Assembly (NCBI GenBank): GCA_001244265.2
Contig: CDLV01000010.1
Coordinates: forward strand, 558,001-622,000
Reading direction: 5' to 3'
Length of the DNA stretch: 64,000 nucleotides
Origin: Microbotryum violaceum
Taxonomy: Eukaryota
The translations under genes and the position numbers were made by a program. The notes under the pieces were generated by a model. The model saw nothing but the letters and a program-made list of their open reading frames with translations, was not told where the DNA came from and made no database searches. The first letter of the stretch is position 1. Every line of letters starts with the position of its first letter. Positions 1 through 11,674 of the stretch are shown one piece after another.

Positions 1-1882
1 TCGAGAAGGAGAGTGAGATGACTTCCCGCGTCTGCTGAACGTCTTGATGGCATGAACCCGTGTTGCGCCGGCGGCAAAAGCTCGCCGAGCACCCCATTGA
101 GTCGCGCCACCAAGACCTTGCTGAGGACCTTGTAGGTCGTCTCGCGCAGTGTGATCGGTCGATATGCCCCCAGTGATTTCAGATTGGCCCCCGGTTTGTT
201 CTTGGGCAAAAGCCGCACCAGCCCCTCTGCCAAGGACGCCGTCATTTTACCTCCCTCCCAAATCGAGTTGAACAAATCCAACAGCTTGGGAGCAAAGTAG
301 GTTGGCAGCGCCTTGAAGAGCTCGTACGGAATGCCCGAGGGCCCCGGTGATCGCCCCGAATCCGTCTTCTTCAACGCCGCTTCAACCTCGAGGAGGGTGA
401 AGGGCTCATCAAGCGCCACTCTCGCTTGACGAGGCAGCCGACGACCGAACGTAGGGTCCGAGCGGTCGTCATCGTAGCATTTCGCCGCGCGAATAGGGTC
501 GAGCAGGGACCGACGTGGGTTCGTCGGGTCGCCATGAGCTGGGTCCGGCGTGAAGAGCGACTGTGCGTGCCGTGAAGCAATACCCAGCGCCTCCTGCATG
601 TCAACGGTCTCGGTGCCATCCACATCCTCCAGCGAGACGATGCTCGTCTGGCGACTCCGGCGGTTGAGACGCGTGCGAATGCTTGCCGATTGACCTTCCC
701 TCGAGTCGACTGACGGCACATGCGCACGAATGCGCAGCCACTGAGCCTCCTTTACCGCCAACTGATCCAACTGCGACTTGGCGAGAGCATACGCATCGCG
801 CTCGGCCTCATTCATATGCTCACCGCGTGCCTCCAGCGCCTCCATGACGGATTGGTTCTCGGCCCGCAGTCGGCGCATGTCGGCACGAGTCGAGCGGTAT
901 CGTGCATGGCCAGCGACTGCAACCGCCCGCAGAGCGGCGTCATAGACGTCGCCGAGCGGAGCGGTCCCCTCGAGCCTTCGATAGACCTCGTCGACGACCC
1001 CGGGAATCGATGCGACAAAGTCTTGATCGTCAAAGACCGTTGGGTTGAGCCTCGAAATGAAATCGCTCGTAGAGGGAAGAGAAAGGGGGGTTCGGCATCA
1101 GCGTTCGACGTAGGCAATGCGAAAGTCGCAACTACAGGTCTGTGGTCCGAACAGGGCGCGTCGAAGAGCGTAGAAGCGCCCAACAACCGGTTTGCCCAAC
1201 TGCATTGGACAAGAATATAGTCGATCCGCGACCACGAGCAAATCTTTCGCTCCTCCCCTCTACCACGGTAGTGAGGACGAGTGAATGCGGGGGTGCAAGA
1301 ATGGACATGTCGGACCGTGTCGAGTGCCTTGAACGCGATCTTTGACAGTAAGGTCTGCCAGTGCGATACAGGAGTCCAAGCGCGATCGGTGATGGACACT
1401 CGGTCGACCGATACATCCGGACAATCATTGAGATCGCCGGCCAAGATCCGAAGAGTCTTGGGTCTCGGGGCGTTGAAATGCAGGAGCCCGAAAAAGTCGC
1501 GACGATCGTCCTCCTGTACCGGCGCGTACATGTTGATGATCTCAACATCGAGCTCCTCAAGACGAAACACCGAGCGCAGAATCCGACCGTCGAGACGAGG
1601 AGCTCCTGCAAAGACGACCGGGGTAGAGGAAAGGAGATGGCCCGCCAAAGGTGAGCCATCGGGTATGAGGGTAAGGACATGAGGAGTGAAACGAATACAA
1701 GCCCCTGGCCAAGCACTCTCGAAGCCTTCGCGCGACGCGTTGTAGCTGAGGTGGTGCTCTTGCAGGAGAATGGCCGCAGGGGCCGGCCGAAGGGTTTTGA
1801 GATAGCGGATGATTTTGACTTGGTTGACTGCGTTCTTGATCGATCGGACGTTGAACGTTAACACGGTGAGGGACTCAATCAT
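1..1882 (-). pseudogene. LINE A ORF2: AP-endonuclease plus N-terminal reverse transcriptase, several frameshifts
   Basis: TFNVRS, LLQEHH, NMYAP, AGDLND, SRIDY, SDHRPV (APE); SPGPSGIPYE and [22 protein letters not shown]...QHGF (RT) at 1-360. Confidence 0.9.
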
Positions 1883-3556
1883 GAATAAATTGGATCAGCG
1901 CCGCCCCCTCGAATTCGGTCATCTCGGACCTGTGACCCCCTGAGCCGTCACCCCCTGATGCACCGAGGATCATGGCGGATCCCGCCCGGGTGACACGTCG
2001 GTTGCCGGGTGCCGAGCTCGAACGAAGGCGTCGAGGACTCGTCGAGGCTATCGAGGTCGTCGAGGTTGCCGATGATTCCGACGTGCCACCGGACAAAGGC
2101 GATGCCGGAGCAGAAGCAGAAGGCGAAGGAGAGGTCGGGGTCGAAACGGGCGCCGCTGTCGTCGTCTGCGTCTCCTTTGTTGGGCCCGTGGTCGCACGGG
2201 TCAACGTCTCTTTCCCAGTGTCGCCGCCCTCCGGTTCGGTCGAAGCGACCGATTCGCCGCCGCCGTCGTCGTCGTCGTCGCCGTCGTCGTCGTTCGCATC
2301 GTCCTTGTTGCCGGTCGCTGCACCTGCGGGTTAGCACGAGGTCCCAGCTGGATCATGTTCGTGCCAGAGGCACGAGAGTTCAATGCGGCAGGCCCACCGT
2401 GCTTCCCATTCTTCCCAGCAACTCGGAAGCCGGTGGTCGAAGTCGAAGTCGAGGCCCCCGGAACAGGGGCGGCGGTGGCCGGAGTCGAAACCGGCTTCCT
2501 GCAAGCGCCCCACTGGTGTCCGGCGCGATCGCACACGGCGCAGTAGTGCGTCTCGAATTCGTGTCGCAAGCCGTACTTGGCGCCCAGGATCTCGATCTCT
2601 TGTGGCAAGGCGGCGTTGAGCGCAGCCTTCTGCGTCTCGGTAGAGCCTTGGAAAAGATCAGCATGTAAGCGAAGGTACGCGCAGTGGAACCCGTCTTCGG
2701 TCATGGCCATCGGATCTCCATTCGGATCGACCGCGAGGCCCCGCTGTAATTGCATCAGGGTATAACCTTGCGTACGACCTGCGCGGCCGAACGAAAGGGT
2801 GAGAGCATCATCGAGAGATTGTCGGAGCACGGAAGCGGGGGTGGCGCTGGAGGAGGAGGGCAACGTGAATCGCACCTGAACGACGTGGTTAAGGGGAGAG
2901 GCGCTGGGGAGCTCGGTAACCATCTCCTTGCCGTGGTGAGAGAATGGGCCCGCTGCAGCGGCTTCGAGACAGGCTTGGTCGGATTCGAATACAAGCTCGT
3001 ACATGTGACGAGCGATCGGGAACCTCTTCGTGGCTTTTGTCACAATCGGGTTCAGCTTCACGCATTTCGAGAAAAGCTTCTCAACCTCGGGGTCAAGCAC
3101 GACGCCCTCGGGCCGCGCGAACATGAACGGGGTCTCGGCCAATCCAAAGTGCTTGCGTAGCGCGATCTGTACAGGACCTCTGGGTGATCCAGGACCATCC
3201 ATAATGACTCGGATCACATTGGAGGCCGGGGCTGCGTCGTTTCGCACCGCTCTTTGGGCGGCTCGTGCGAGCAGTGGCGCCTGCGAAGGCGGGGTCGAGG
3301 CATCGTGCATCAGGACCATCAGTCGGCGGGTCGACTTGCCGGAGGGAACGATCCCGAGTACTCTGAAGGTGTTTTGCATCACCTTTTCGCAGTCCAGTCG
3401 AGCCTGAGTTGCCTCAGTGGACCACGCTGGAGGATTCGCGGTTCCTCCAGTGACCGGTTCACGCGTTAGCGTGTTGAGTGATTCGTCGTCACTCGCGCGG
3501 TTACCGCCCAACGGGTTGTCGGGCGGTGGCGCTTGGGCGCCGGGCGGATCCGACAT
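1875..3556 (-). CDS. LINE A ORF1 (gag-like, zinc knuckle); frameshifted near 2200-2340
   Basis: 451-aa ORF with CAVCDRAGHQWGAC (CX2CX4HX4C); low-complexity tail in other frames ends at 1875, overlapping the ORF2 ATG at 1882. Confidence 0.82.
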
Positions 3557-3632
3557 CGCTTGTTCGTGTTGACCTGTAACACTTAAGGGGGTACGAGGTC
3601 AACTACACACGCTACACCGCAAAAACTCACTT

Positions 3633-3656
3633 GTGTGTGTGTGTGTGTGTGTGTGT

Positions 3657-3745
<89 letters not shown>
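3633..3745. repeat. (GT)n/(CA)n microsatellite at the 5' end of LINE A
   Basis: About 113 nt of GT repeats with two GG interruptions. Confidence 0.98.
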
Positions 3746-3746
<1 letters not shown>

Positions 3747-3753
3747 ACACAAA

Positions 3754-6700
3754 TTTTTTTTTTGTATGAAACTCATCGCTAATTTGCAAGACGAGAAAAC
3801 CCCCTACGGAACTAAAGGAGATGCTACCCAGCATGCACGATGATGACCACAACCGCCGCTTGATGCGTTGTAACTAGCAGAACAGACCAACCCGATACAT
3901 CCGAGTTCAAGTCCCCCCACCCACGGTTGCTCCCTCCCAGAGACGAATGAAAGGAAGGTTGAAGATTATACACAAGGAATCGGGAAAAGATGGATGAGTC
4001 GTTGGTGATGGTACATGTGTTGTACAGGCGAATCCGATTATAGTCGTACAGTTGAACCTTCTTCGATCTTTTGACTTCAGCCCCCCCTGAGACCGCCATA
4101 CTCCTTGAAGCCCCTTAATTCTTTGAGACGCGTCGAACAAGGCCTCCGATGGCACAAACATCCCGCTCAATCCAAATGATTCACGTGGTCCAAAGGGGGA
4201 ATGTAACCCCCTGCGACCGCAGCAATCACATACCCCTTGTACCCGTCTGCGCTGGATCTCCACCGCGGAGTCCAACCCCCTTTTCGGTTACCAAAGTCTG
4301 CCCCCCTCGCGACCGCACGACCCCAGATCACCCCCATTCGAATGACTGCAACTGCGAAACAGGCCTACTTCGCACAAAAACACACAATCCAGAGATTTCC
4401 GGGGAAAGTCACGGAGCATGTGACAGTCCATTGGACACGCCTCGGTCGGGTGCAGCGCGGGCGGGTGGCCGTCAACACCGGCGCGCGGCTGGAGACAAGG
4501 GCGGGGTATACCTTCCGCAGGGGCCTCGCTTCCCTGCGGCGTACTCCCAATCTCGGAACGCACACTCGAGTCCCCTTGTACGTGCAGGTGGTTCCCAATC
4601 ACCGCAGATACTGGGGAAAGAAGGAGCATGAGGCCCACGACGGTGATGTCATTGGGTGGGACCTCGCTCGAGTGTGGATGTGTATGGCGGTTCGGTACCC
4701 GAGTCACCCGCCGCGCGGCCGCGACTCCGAGCGAGCAGCAAAGCAAGGAGAGGCGAGCCACGCAGGCAGTTTGTGCCGGCCTTGAACAGGAGATCACGGA
4801 GTCGCTCGACCGAAAGAGAAGACAGACCCGGCCCTTGAGAGGAGTGGAAAACTCACGGCATAGTCCAGGAGAGGGCCAAGGGGATCCGTTTTCGCTGTGT
4901 GTCATCGTGATGTGGCAGAAGCTCGAACCAAGGGCGACAATGCCCGCCGGCGCAAAGAACCCGAGGCTCCTGGGGAGTACGGAAGCCTATGAGGAGGAAT
5001 GGCAAAAAGAGCGAGAGAAAACAGGTTCAGTATTCTGGCGTGTTTGGGAGACATTTTGGAGATTGAGAAGGAGGGAAAAGGGACTTGTGATTTTTTGGGG
5101 GTTTGGTTTTTGCTTGGATAGGGAGGGAGCGCCATCTACTTCATCGCGCCAATCTGAGCTCCAACCTCTCCTTCAGTCCCGCCATCTCCTTGTCCATGCT
5201 CGACATCGCTCTGGCGTGGCGATGGAGATCCCAGCGTCGGTTGCTGAGAGTGTCGAGCGCCAGCGCAATGAAGGCGCGGATTGGACGCTTTTTCGACGTC
5301 GGAAGGCGAGCGCGCAGTCGAGGGAGGCCGTGCTCGATCTGAAGTGCCGTGTAGTCGAGGTCGAAGATCGACACGACCCCCAGCGCGTCGCAGATAATGG
5401 ACCTAGCTGCTTGCCAAAATTGAGAAGAGTCAGGGCAATCATGCCAAAAGTGAGTAAAGTCATCCTCCACCCCTGCCAGGCTGCATGCCTGCACAAGGCA
5501 GCAGGCCGAGTCGCCATGCCGCTGCACAAACTGGCGCTTCCGCGTTGGCGTGAAGTGGTACGCCAGCTTGAAGTGCACCTCGCGCTCGCGGGCCGTGGCG
5601 GGCCTGGTGTGGAACCACCCCCAGAAGAGTCGCCTTTCTTTGGATGTGGCGAGTGATCCAGGGCGTTGTGTGTCGTCGAAACGTCGATGGTTGATGACGC
5701 GTCGAAGTCGCGCAATGGTGTAGGGTCTGTCCAAGCTCAACATTCTCCACTGATTAGCAAGCAAGGGGCGGAGGGGAGGGGAAGTCTTTGATCAGGCATG
5801 CCGACCGGAGTCGCTCTGGGCAAGATGTGCTCGAGGGGACCGCCGGGCCGGGCTCCAGGTGCTCCAACGACACGAATGACGGGTGGTCGACGTGCGAGGA
5901 CGGGAACAGGAGGCGGAAGCGGCGGGATGAAGCGATCGCCTGCGACCTGGATCCACGCCTGGACTTGATCGCGCTTCCATTGCCAAAGGTTGGACAGCTC
6001 CGAGCCGTCGCCTTGGGGATGCTTCTCAGGGGTCCAGGGCACCGTTGGAGCTGCGGGGTATTGAGCTCGAGCATAGATGTCAGCGATGGTGCGTTCGAAA
6101 ATGAAATGCTTCGCCAAACGCTTATCCTGCTCCGAGAACGCCCGCGAGTCATGCAGACCCGGTTGGAGGGGGAAAGAGAAAGAAGATTGGAGACCGAAAG
6201 TTTGGCAGGATCGACGACGGCAGGGTAGCGTTCAGCGACCGAGAGCACCGCTCGCCAGCGGGGATGTAGCTCCCGGGGTGCGTCGGCGTTCCTCCACGTC
6301 CACAGATCCGCAGCAAAGTCAAAGGTCGGAAGCGCTCGCCGGATGGAACTCCGAGCCAGATCGCCCCAAATCGCAGTTGACCCGCCGGCCAGCACATCCC
6401 AGATCCGTACCGAGACTGAATCCACCACATCCTGGATGCTCACGACGCTGAGACCGCCTCGCGCCCGTGCCGTGAAGACGACTGATTGCTTGTAGTCGCT
6501 GCGCCGCGGGCCTCCCTTCACAAAGTCAGCAAGCTTGCGCTCGATCGACTTGATCACGTCGGATGGCGGGATGTCGGCGGAGAGAGAGTGCAGCACCTTG
6601 GAGATGCCGTAGCGGTTAAGATAGAAAGCCCGGGTATGGTGCGTCATCCATCGGTCGCGCACCGATAGAATCACTCGATCAACCCATCGCTCAAGATCAT

Positions 6701-7491
6701 GGAATCCCAGCCTGTTGTTGCCGTCAGGCGCAAACTGGAGACCGATCCAGGGAAGAGACTCGTCCGGTGCCACGAACGACAGTTTGGACAAGTCCGCGCG
6801 ATCCCACAACGTCGCGCCCAATGGCATCACCACAGTTTTGTCGGTGTTTAGACGTCCGTTCGTCGCGAGTCGCCAATCCCGAGCTAACGCCTCGAGCGAA
6901 GCAATAGCTTCCGGCCCAGCAACAGCGACGACGGCGTCATCCGCGAACGCCAAATTGGTGATGCATCGAGTCTGCGGACGATGAGCCAGCTCCGGAAGAG
7001 TGATAGTCAGCGCAATGTTGCGTCGACTGAGAGAATCAAGGAAGGGTTGGAATACCACATCCCAGACAGAAGAAGAGAGAGGATCGCCCTGGCCAAGACC
7101 GCACAGGAGTCGCACCGTCTCGGTGAGGAAACCGTTGACAATGTACCGCGCTGTGGACGTCTCGCCGTTGTAGAGCATCCGCAAGACGCGCTGGAAAGGT
7201 TCCGGCGCGCCGAGAGCCTCAAACACCGCAAAGACCCAGTCGTGCTCGACCATGTCGTAAGCCGAGCTCTGATCCAGGGAGAGGAGCGCTGCTGTCGGGA
7301 ACTCTGCCCCACGACCCCTAATCTCATCGATCAGGAGCCGCAGATGCAAAGCCGCGTCCGCTGGTCTTCGCCCCTTGACGAACCCATGCTGTCCGGCCGG
7401 AAGAACATCGGGGAGGATCCGGTTCAGACGAGCCACGTAGACCTTGGTGAAGATCTTGTAGTCGCATTCCCGCAAGGTGATCGGACGACAC
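3754..7491 (-). mobile_element. LINE family C, 5'-truncated inside RT; about 1.4-kb 3' UTR and poly(A)
   Basis: RT motifs [28 protein letters not shown] (5754-7475); C-terminal CLVQAC...HFWHDC finger (5141-5764); T10 tract at 3754-3763. Confidence 0.93.
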
Positions 7492-9266
7492 TTTTTTTTT
7501 TTTTTTGTAGAAAACGTTCATCATATTGCCCCCAGTTCCTGTTCCCCCTGTTTTGGCCTACGGAAAAACTAGATGGAAGACTACGATGATAACACAAACC
7601 GCCCGCAAAAGTGCGAGAAACGAGCCAAGTCCACCAATCCGAGATTCGGATTCAAATGCCCTAGCCAAGCGGTTGCTCCCCCCCGGAGACTAATGAGAGA
7701 GAGAAAGAGAGATGAAGAGAAAAAGAAAGAAAAGAAATGTACTAACGACAGAAGGCCCACCCCACAGCCACTTCCCACTCGGTCGAGACGAAGACAAGAG
7801 CACGACTGCGCAACCACCACGACCCTCGACGCTCCAAGTCTCTGCTCAGTCACAACAAGACGCGGTGAAGGTCCCTCAAAACCTCCCCCATCGGCAGTCC
7901 CTGGCCCCTCAAAGCCGACTTTCTGCCTGTGTCCGCTGATCCCTCCCTTGACTCAGAACCCCGAAGCCGAAGAGCGCGAGCCACACCGAGTCGACGCCAA
8001 ATCGCGAGATGGTCCATGATCCGCAACGATGAACCTGTAACAAATGAAAGATGAACGCGATCTATTTAGTGTACAGTAGGAGAAAATGATGTCACGAGAA
8101 TTTGGTGTGTGTGTGTGTGTAGTGGTGGTGGGGGGAAAGTCGAACCCAGCCTCTACTGCCCTCTCCTCCCCAAGCTCCTCCCGCCCTCAGCTTCAACCTC
8201 TCCTCCAAGATGATCCTCCTCCTCCCAACACCCTCCATCCTCGTCCCCCACTTCTGCATCCCCCACCTCCCGCTGCTGATCATCTCCAAGACCAGCCCGG
8301 TGAATATTTCGATCGTCCTCCCCGCTCCTTCTTGATCGCGTAGACTGGCCTTGAGCTTCGGAAGTCCGAACATGCGTTGAACAGCCGTGTAATGCGTGTT
8401 GTCGATCGTGTCGAGCCCCAGTGCGTCGCAGAGCACGCTCCTTGCCGCGATCCAAACGTTCCCAGAGTCAACGCAGTCGAAAAAGTAGTGGTCGGTGTCG
8501 TCCACCGGCGCTTCGCAGACGAGGCACGCGGAGAAGTGTCGTGATTCTGTTGGTGTTGCAGCTTGCGCGTCGGGGTGAAGCGGAGAATCAGCTTGAACCA
8601 AACTTCCCTCTCCCTCGCCGTCAGTGCCTTCGAGTTGACCGCCTTCCAAAAGCTCCTGAGGTCGTCCGGCTGCGGTGGTCCCTTGAGCCCGAGCGTGTTG
8701 GTAAAGGCCTTCGCGTTCAGGACCCGGCGGATGCGACGGATGGTGTACGGTCGAGCCATGTTCAGCAGCTTGTACTGGCTCGCCTGCTGTGGAAGCACCG
8801 GGTCCGGAAGGCGCTGCTCCATTGCGAAGCGGGCCACGGGCTTGGGGAGAATCGCCTCGAGTGGTGCGCTGGTGCCGATCCGGGGAGGCACGTTGAGCCG
8901 TCCTGCCGCCACCGCCACCGCCAAGGGCGTGTTCTTGTGTCGATCGACAGTGAACCGGTACCAGGCCGCGATTGCCAGTCGCTGCGGGAGCCTGCGTCGA
9001 TCGTACTCGCTGTTGTCGCCGAGCACATCCGCCGGCGGCGTCCAAAGGTGAAACCCCCCACCCGCATACAACTCGCGCCGGTAAAGATCCGCCACCTTCG
9101 GGTAGCCCTGGAGACGAAGGTAGTCAGGTATATGAACCGCGTCGATGGTCTGTCTCCCTCTGATGGGGGTGTGGAGGCTGCCGAGCAAGGTGGGAAGCGC
9201 GAGCAGGTTCGCGGTGGTCAAGGTCCTCGGGTTGACCTGCGCGTCTTGCTGTTTCGGAACCCCCAA
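7492..9266 (-). mobile_element. LINE family B, 5'-truncated copy (3' about 1.8 kb)
   Basis: Near-identical to 11016-12791; T15 tract at 7492-7506; ORF2 C-terminus with CLVC...HYFFDC. Confidence 0.95.
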
Positions 9267-9295
9267 TTTTTTTTTTTTGTAGAAAACGTTCATCA
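9267..9295 (-). mobile_element. LINE family B micro-copy: poly(A) plus last 17 nt only
   Basis: T12 followed by GTAGAAAACGTTCATCA, identical to the B 3' terminus at 7507 and 11030. Confidence 0.9.
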
Positions 9296-10628
9296 TTTTT
9301 TTTTTTTTGTATGAAACTCATCGCTAATTTGCAAGACGAGAAAACCCCCTACGGAACTAAAGGAGATGCTACCCAGTATGCACGATGATGACCACAACCG
9401 CCGCTTGATGCGTTGTAACTAGCAGAACAGACCAACCCGATACATCCGAGTTCAAGTCCCCCCACCCACGGTTGCTCCCTCCCAGAGACGAATGAAAGGA
9501 AGATTGAAGATTATACACAAGGAATCGGGAAAAGATGGATGAGTCGTTGGTGATGGTACATGTGTTGTACAGGCGAATCCGATTATAGTTGTACAGTTGA
9601 ACCTTCTTCGATCTTTTGACTTCAGCCCCCCCTGAGACCGCCATACTCCTTGAAGCCCCTTAATTCTTTGAGACGCGTCGAACAAGGCCTCCGATGGCAC
9701 AAACATCCCGCTCAATCCAAATGATTCACGTGGTCCAAAAGGGGGAATGTAACCCCCTGCGACCGCAGCAATCACATACCCCTTGTACCCGTCTGCGCTG
9801 GATCTCCACCGCGGAGTCCAACCCCCTTTTCGGTTACCAAAGTCTGCCCCCCTCGCGACCGCACGACCCCAGATCACCCCCATTCGAATGACTGCAACTG
9901 CGAAACAGGCCTACTTCGCACAAAAACACACAATCCAGAGATTTCCGGGGAAAGTCACGGAGCATGTGACAGTCCATTGGACACGCCTCGGTCGGGTGCA
10001 GCGCGGGCGGGTGGCCGTCAACACCGGCGCGCGGCTGGAGACAAGGGCGGGGTATACCTTCCGCAGGGGCCTCGCTTCCCTGCGGCGTACTCCCAATCTC
10101 GGAACGCACACTCGAGTCCCCTTGTACGTGCAGGTGGTTCCCAATCACCGCAGATACTGGGGAAAGAAGGAGCATGAGGCCCACGACGGTGATGTCATTG
10201 GGTGGGACCTCGCTCGAGTGTGGATGTGTATGGCGGTTCGGTACCCGAGTCACCCGCCGCGCGGCCGCGACTCCGAGCGAGCAGCAAAGCAAGGAGAGGC
10301 GAGCCACGCAGGCAGTTTGTGCCGGCCTTGAACAGGAGATCACGGAGTCGCTCGACCGAAAGAGAAGACAGACCCGGCCCTTGAGAGGAGTGGAAAACTC
10401 ACGGCGTAGTCCAGGAGAGGGCCGAGGGGATCCGCTTTCGCTGTGTGTCATCGTGATGTGGCAGAAGCTCGAACCAAGGGCGACGATGCTTGCCGGCGCA
10501 AAGAACCCGAGGCTCCTGGGGAGTACGGAAGCCTATGAGGAGGAATGGCAAAAAGAGCGAGAGAAAACAGGTTCAGTATTCTGGCGTGTTTGGGAGACAT
10601 TTTGGAGATTGAGAAGGAGGGAAAAGGG
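9296..10628 (-). mobile_element. LINE family C, 5'-truncated copy (3' UTR only)
   Basis: T13 tract, then sequence near-identical to 3764-5082. Confidence 0.95.
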
Positions 10629-11015
10629 CTTATTTTCTATTAACTACTCCTTTTTAGTTTTCCTTTAAGCGCGCTTATAAAAAAGGGCTGTTTTTGTAAA
10701 AGCCAAATAAAAACAAGCAAAAATAAGGGGGCGACGAAAAGGAAAAGGGGCAACAGAAAATTCTACATCGGTAACCTAAACCACGTATAACTAGCTATAT
10801 TATATAATCCTCTTATATGATTTAATATGTACTGAGCTGTTAAGGGGAAATGAACAAATTAATAACATAGTATTATGAAACCCATCGTTGTGGAAGCTGT
10901 TTCTTGTCGTTTTTGTGTTTTGTCTTTTTTGCTTTAGCAAAAAGCAGACTAAAAAGAGAAATATCTTTCATGACTAGATGCGCAAGTTTAACTCTCCCCT
11001 TTAGAAAATGTCATA
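10629..11015. other. AT-rich non-LINE segment inside the array, with hairpin motifs
   Basis: Abrupt compositional shift; GGGCTGTTTTTGT and GTCTTTTTTGCT/AGCAAAAAGCAGAC motifs resemble those in 20099-20688. Confidence 0.6.
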
Positions 11016-11674
11016 TTTTTTTTTTTTTTGTAGAAAACGTTCATCATATTGCCCCCAGTTCCTGTTCCCCCTGTTTTGGCCTACGGAAAAACTAGATGGA
11101 AGACTACGATGATAACACAAACCGCCCGCAAAAGTGCGAGAAACGAGCCAAGTCCACCAATCCGAGATTCGGATTCAAATGCCCTAGCCAAGCGGTTGCT
11201 CCCCCCCCGGAGACTAATGAGAGAGAGAAAGAGAGATGAAGAGAAAAAGAAAGAAAAGAAATGTACTAACGACAGAAGGCCCACCCCACAGCCACTTCCC
11301 ACTCGGTCGAGACGAAGACAAGAGCACGACTGCGCAACCACCACGACCCTCGACGCTCCAAGTCTCTGCTCAGTCACAACAAGACGCGGTGAAGGTCCCT
11401 CAAAACCTCCCCCATCGGCAGTCCCTGGCCCCTCAAAGCCGACTTTCTGCCTGTGTCCGCTGATCCCTCCCTTGACTCAGAACCCCGAAGCCGAAGAGCG
11501 CGAGCCACACCGAGTCGACGCCAAATCGCGAGATGGTCCATGATCCGCAACGATGAACCTGTAACAAATGAAAGATGAAAGCGATCTATTTAGTGTACAG
11601 TAGGAGAAAATGATGTCACGAGAATTTGGTGTGTGTGTGTGTAGTGGTGGTGGGGGGAAAGTCGAACCCAGCCT

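Larger units (their letters stand above)
1..3753 (-). mobile_element. LINE family A (L1/Tx1-like, APE+RT); 5' part only, runs off the window start; frameshifted
   Basis: gag-like ORF1 followed by ORF2 with APE and start of RT; (CA)n tract at its 5' end; abuts the poly(A) of the next element at 3754. Confidence 0.92.

Noticed and set aside
4237..4905. 182-aa and 205-aa ORFs repeated at 9783-10451
   Set aside because: They recur only because the two LINE C UTR copies are near-identical; no recognisable motifs
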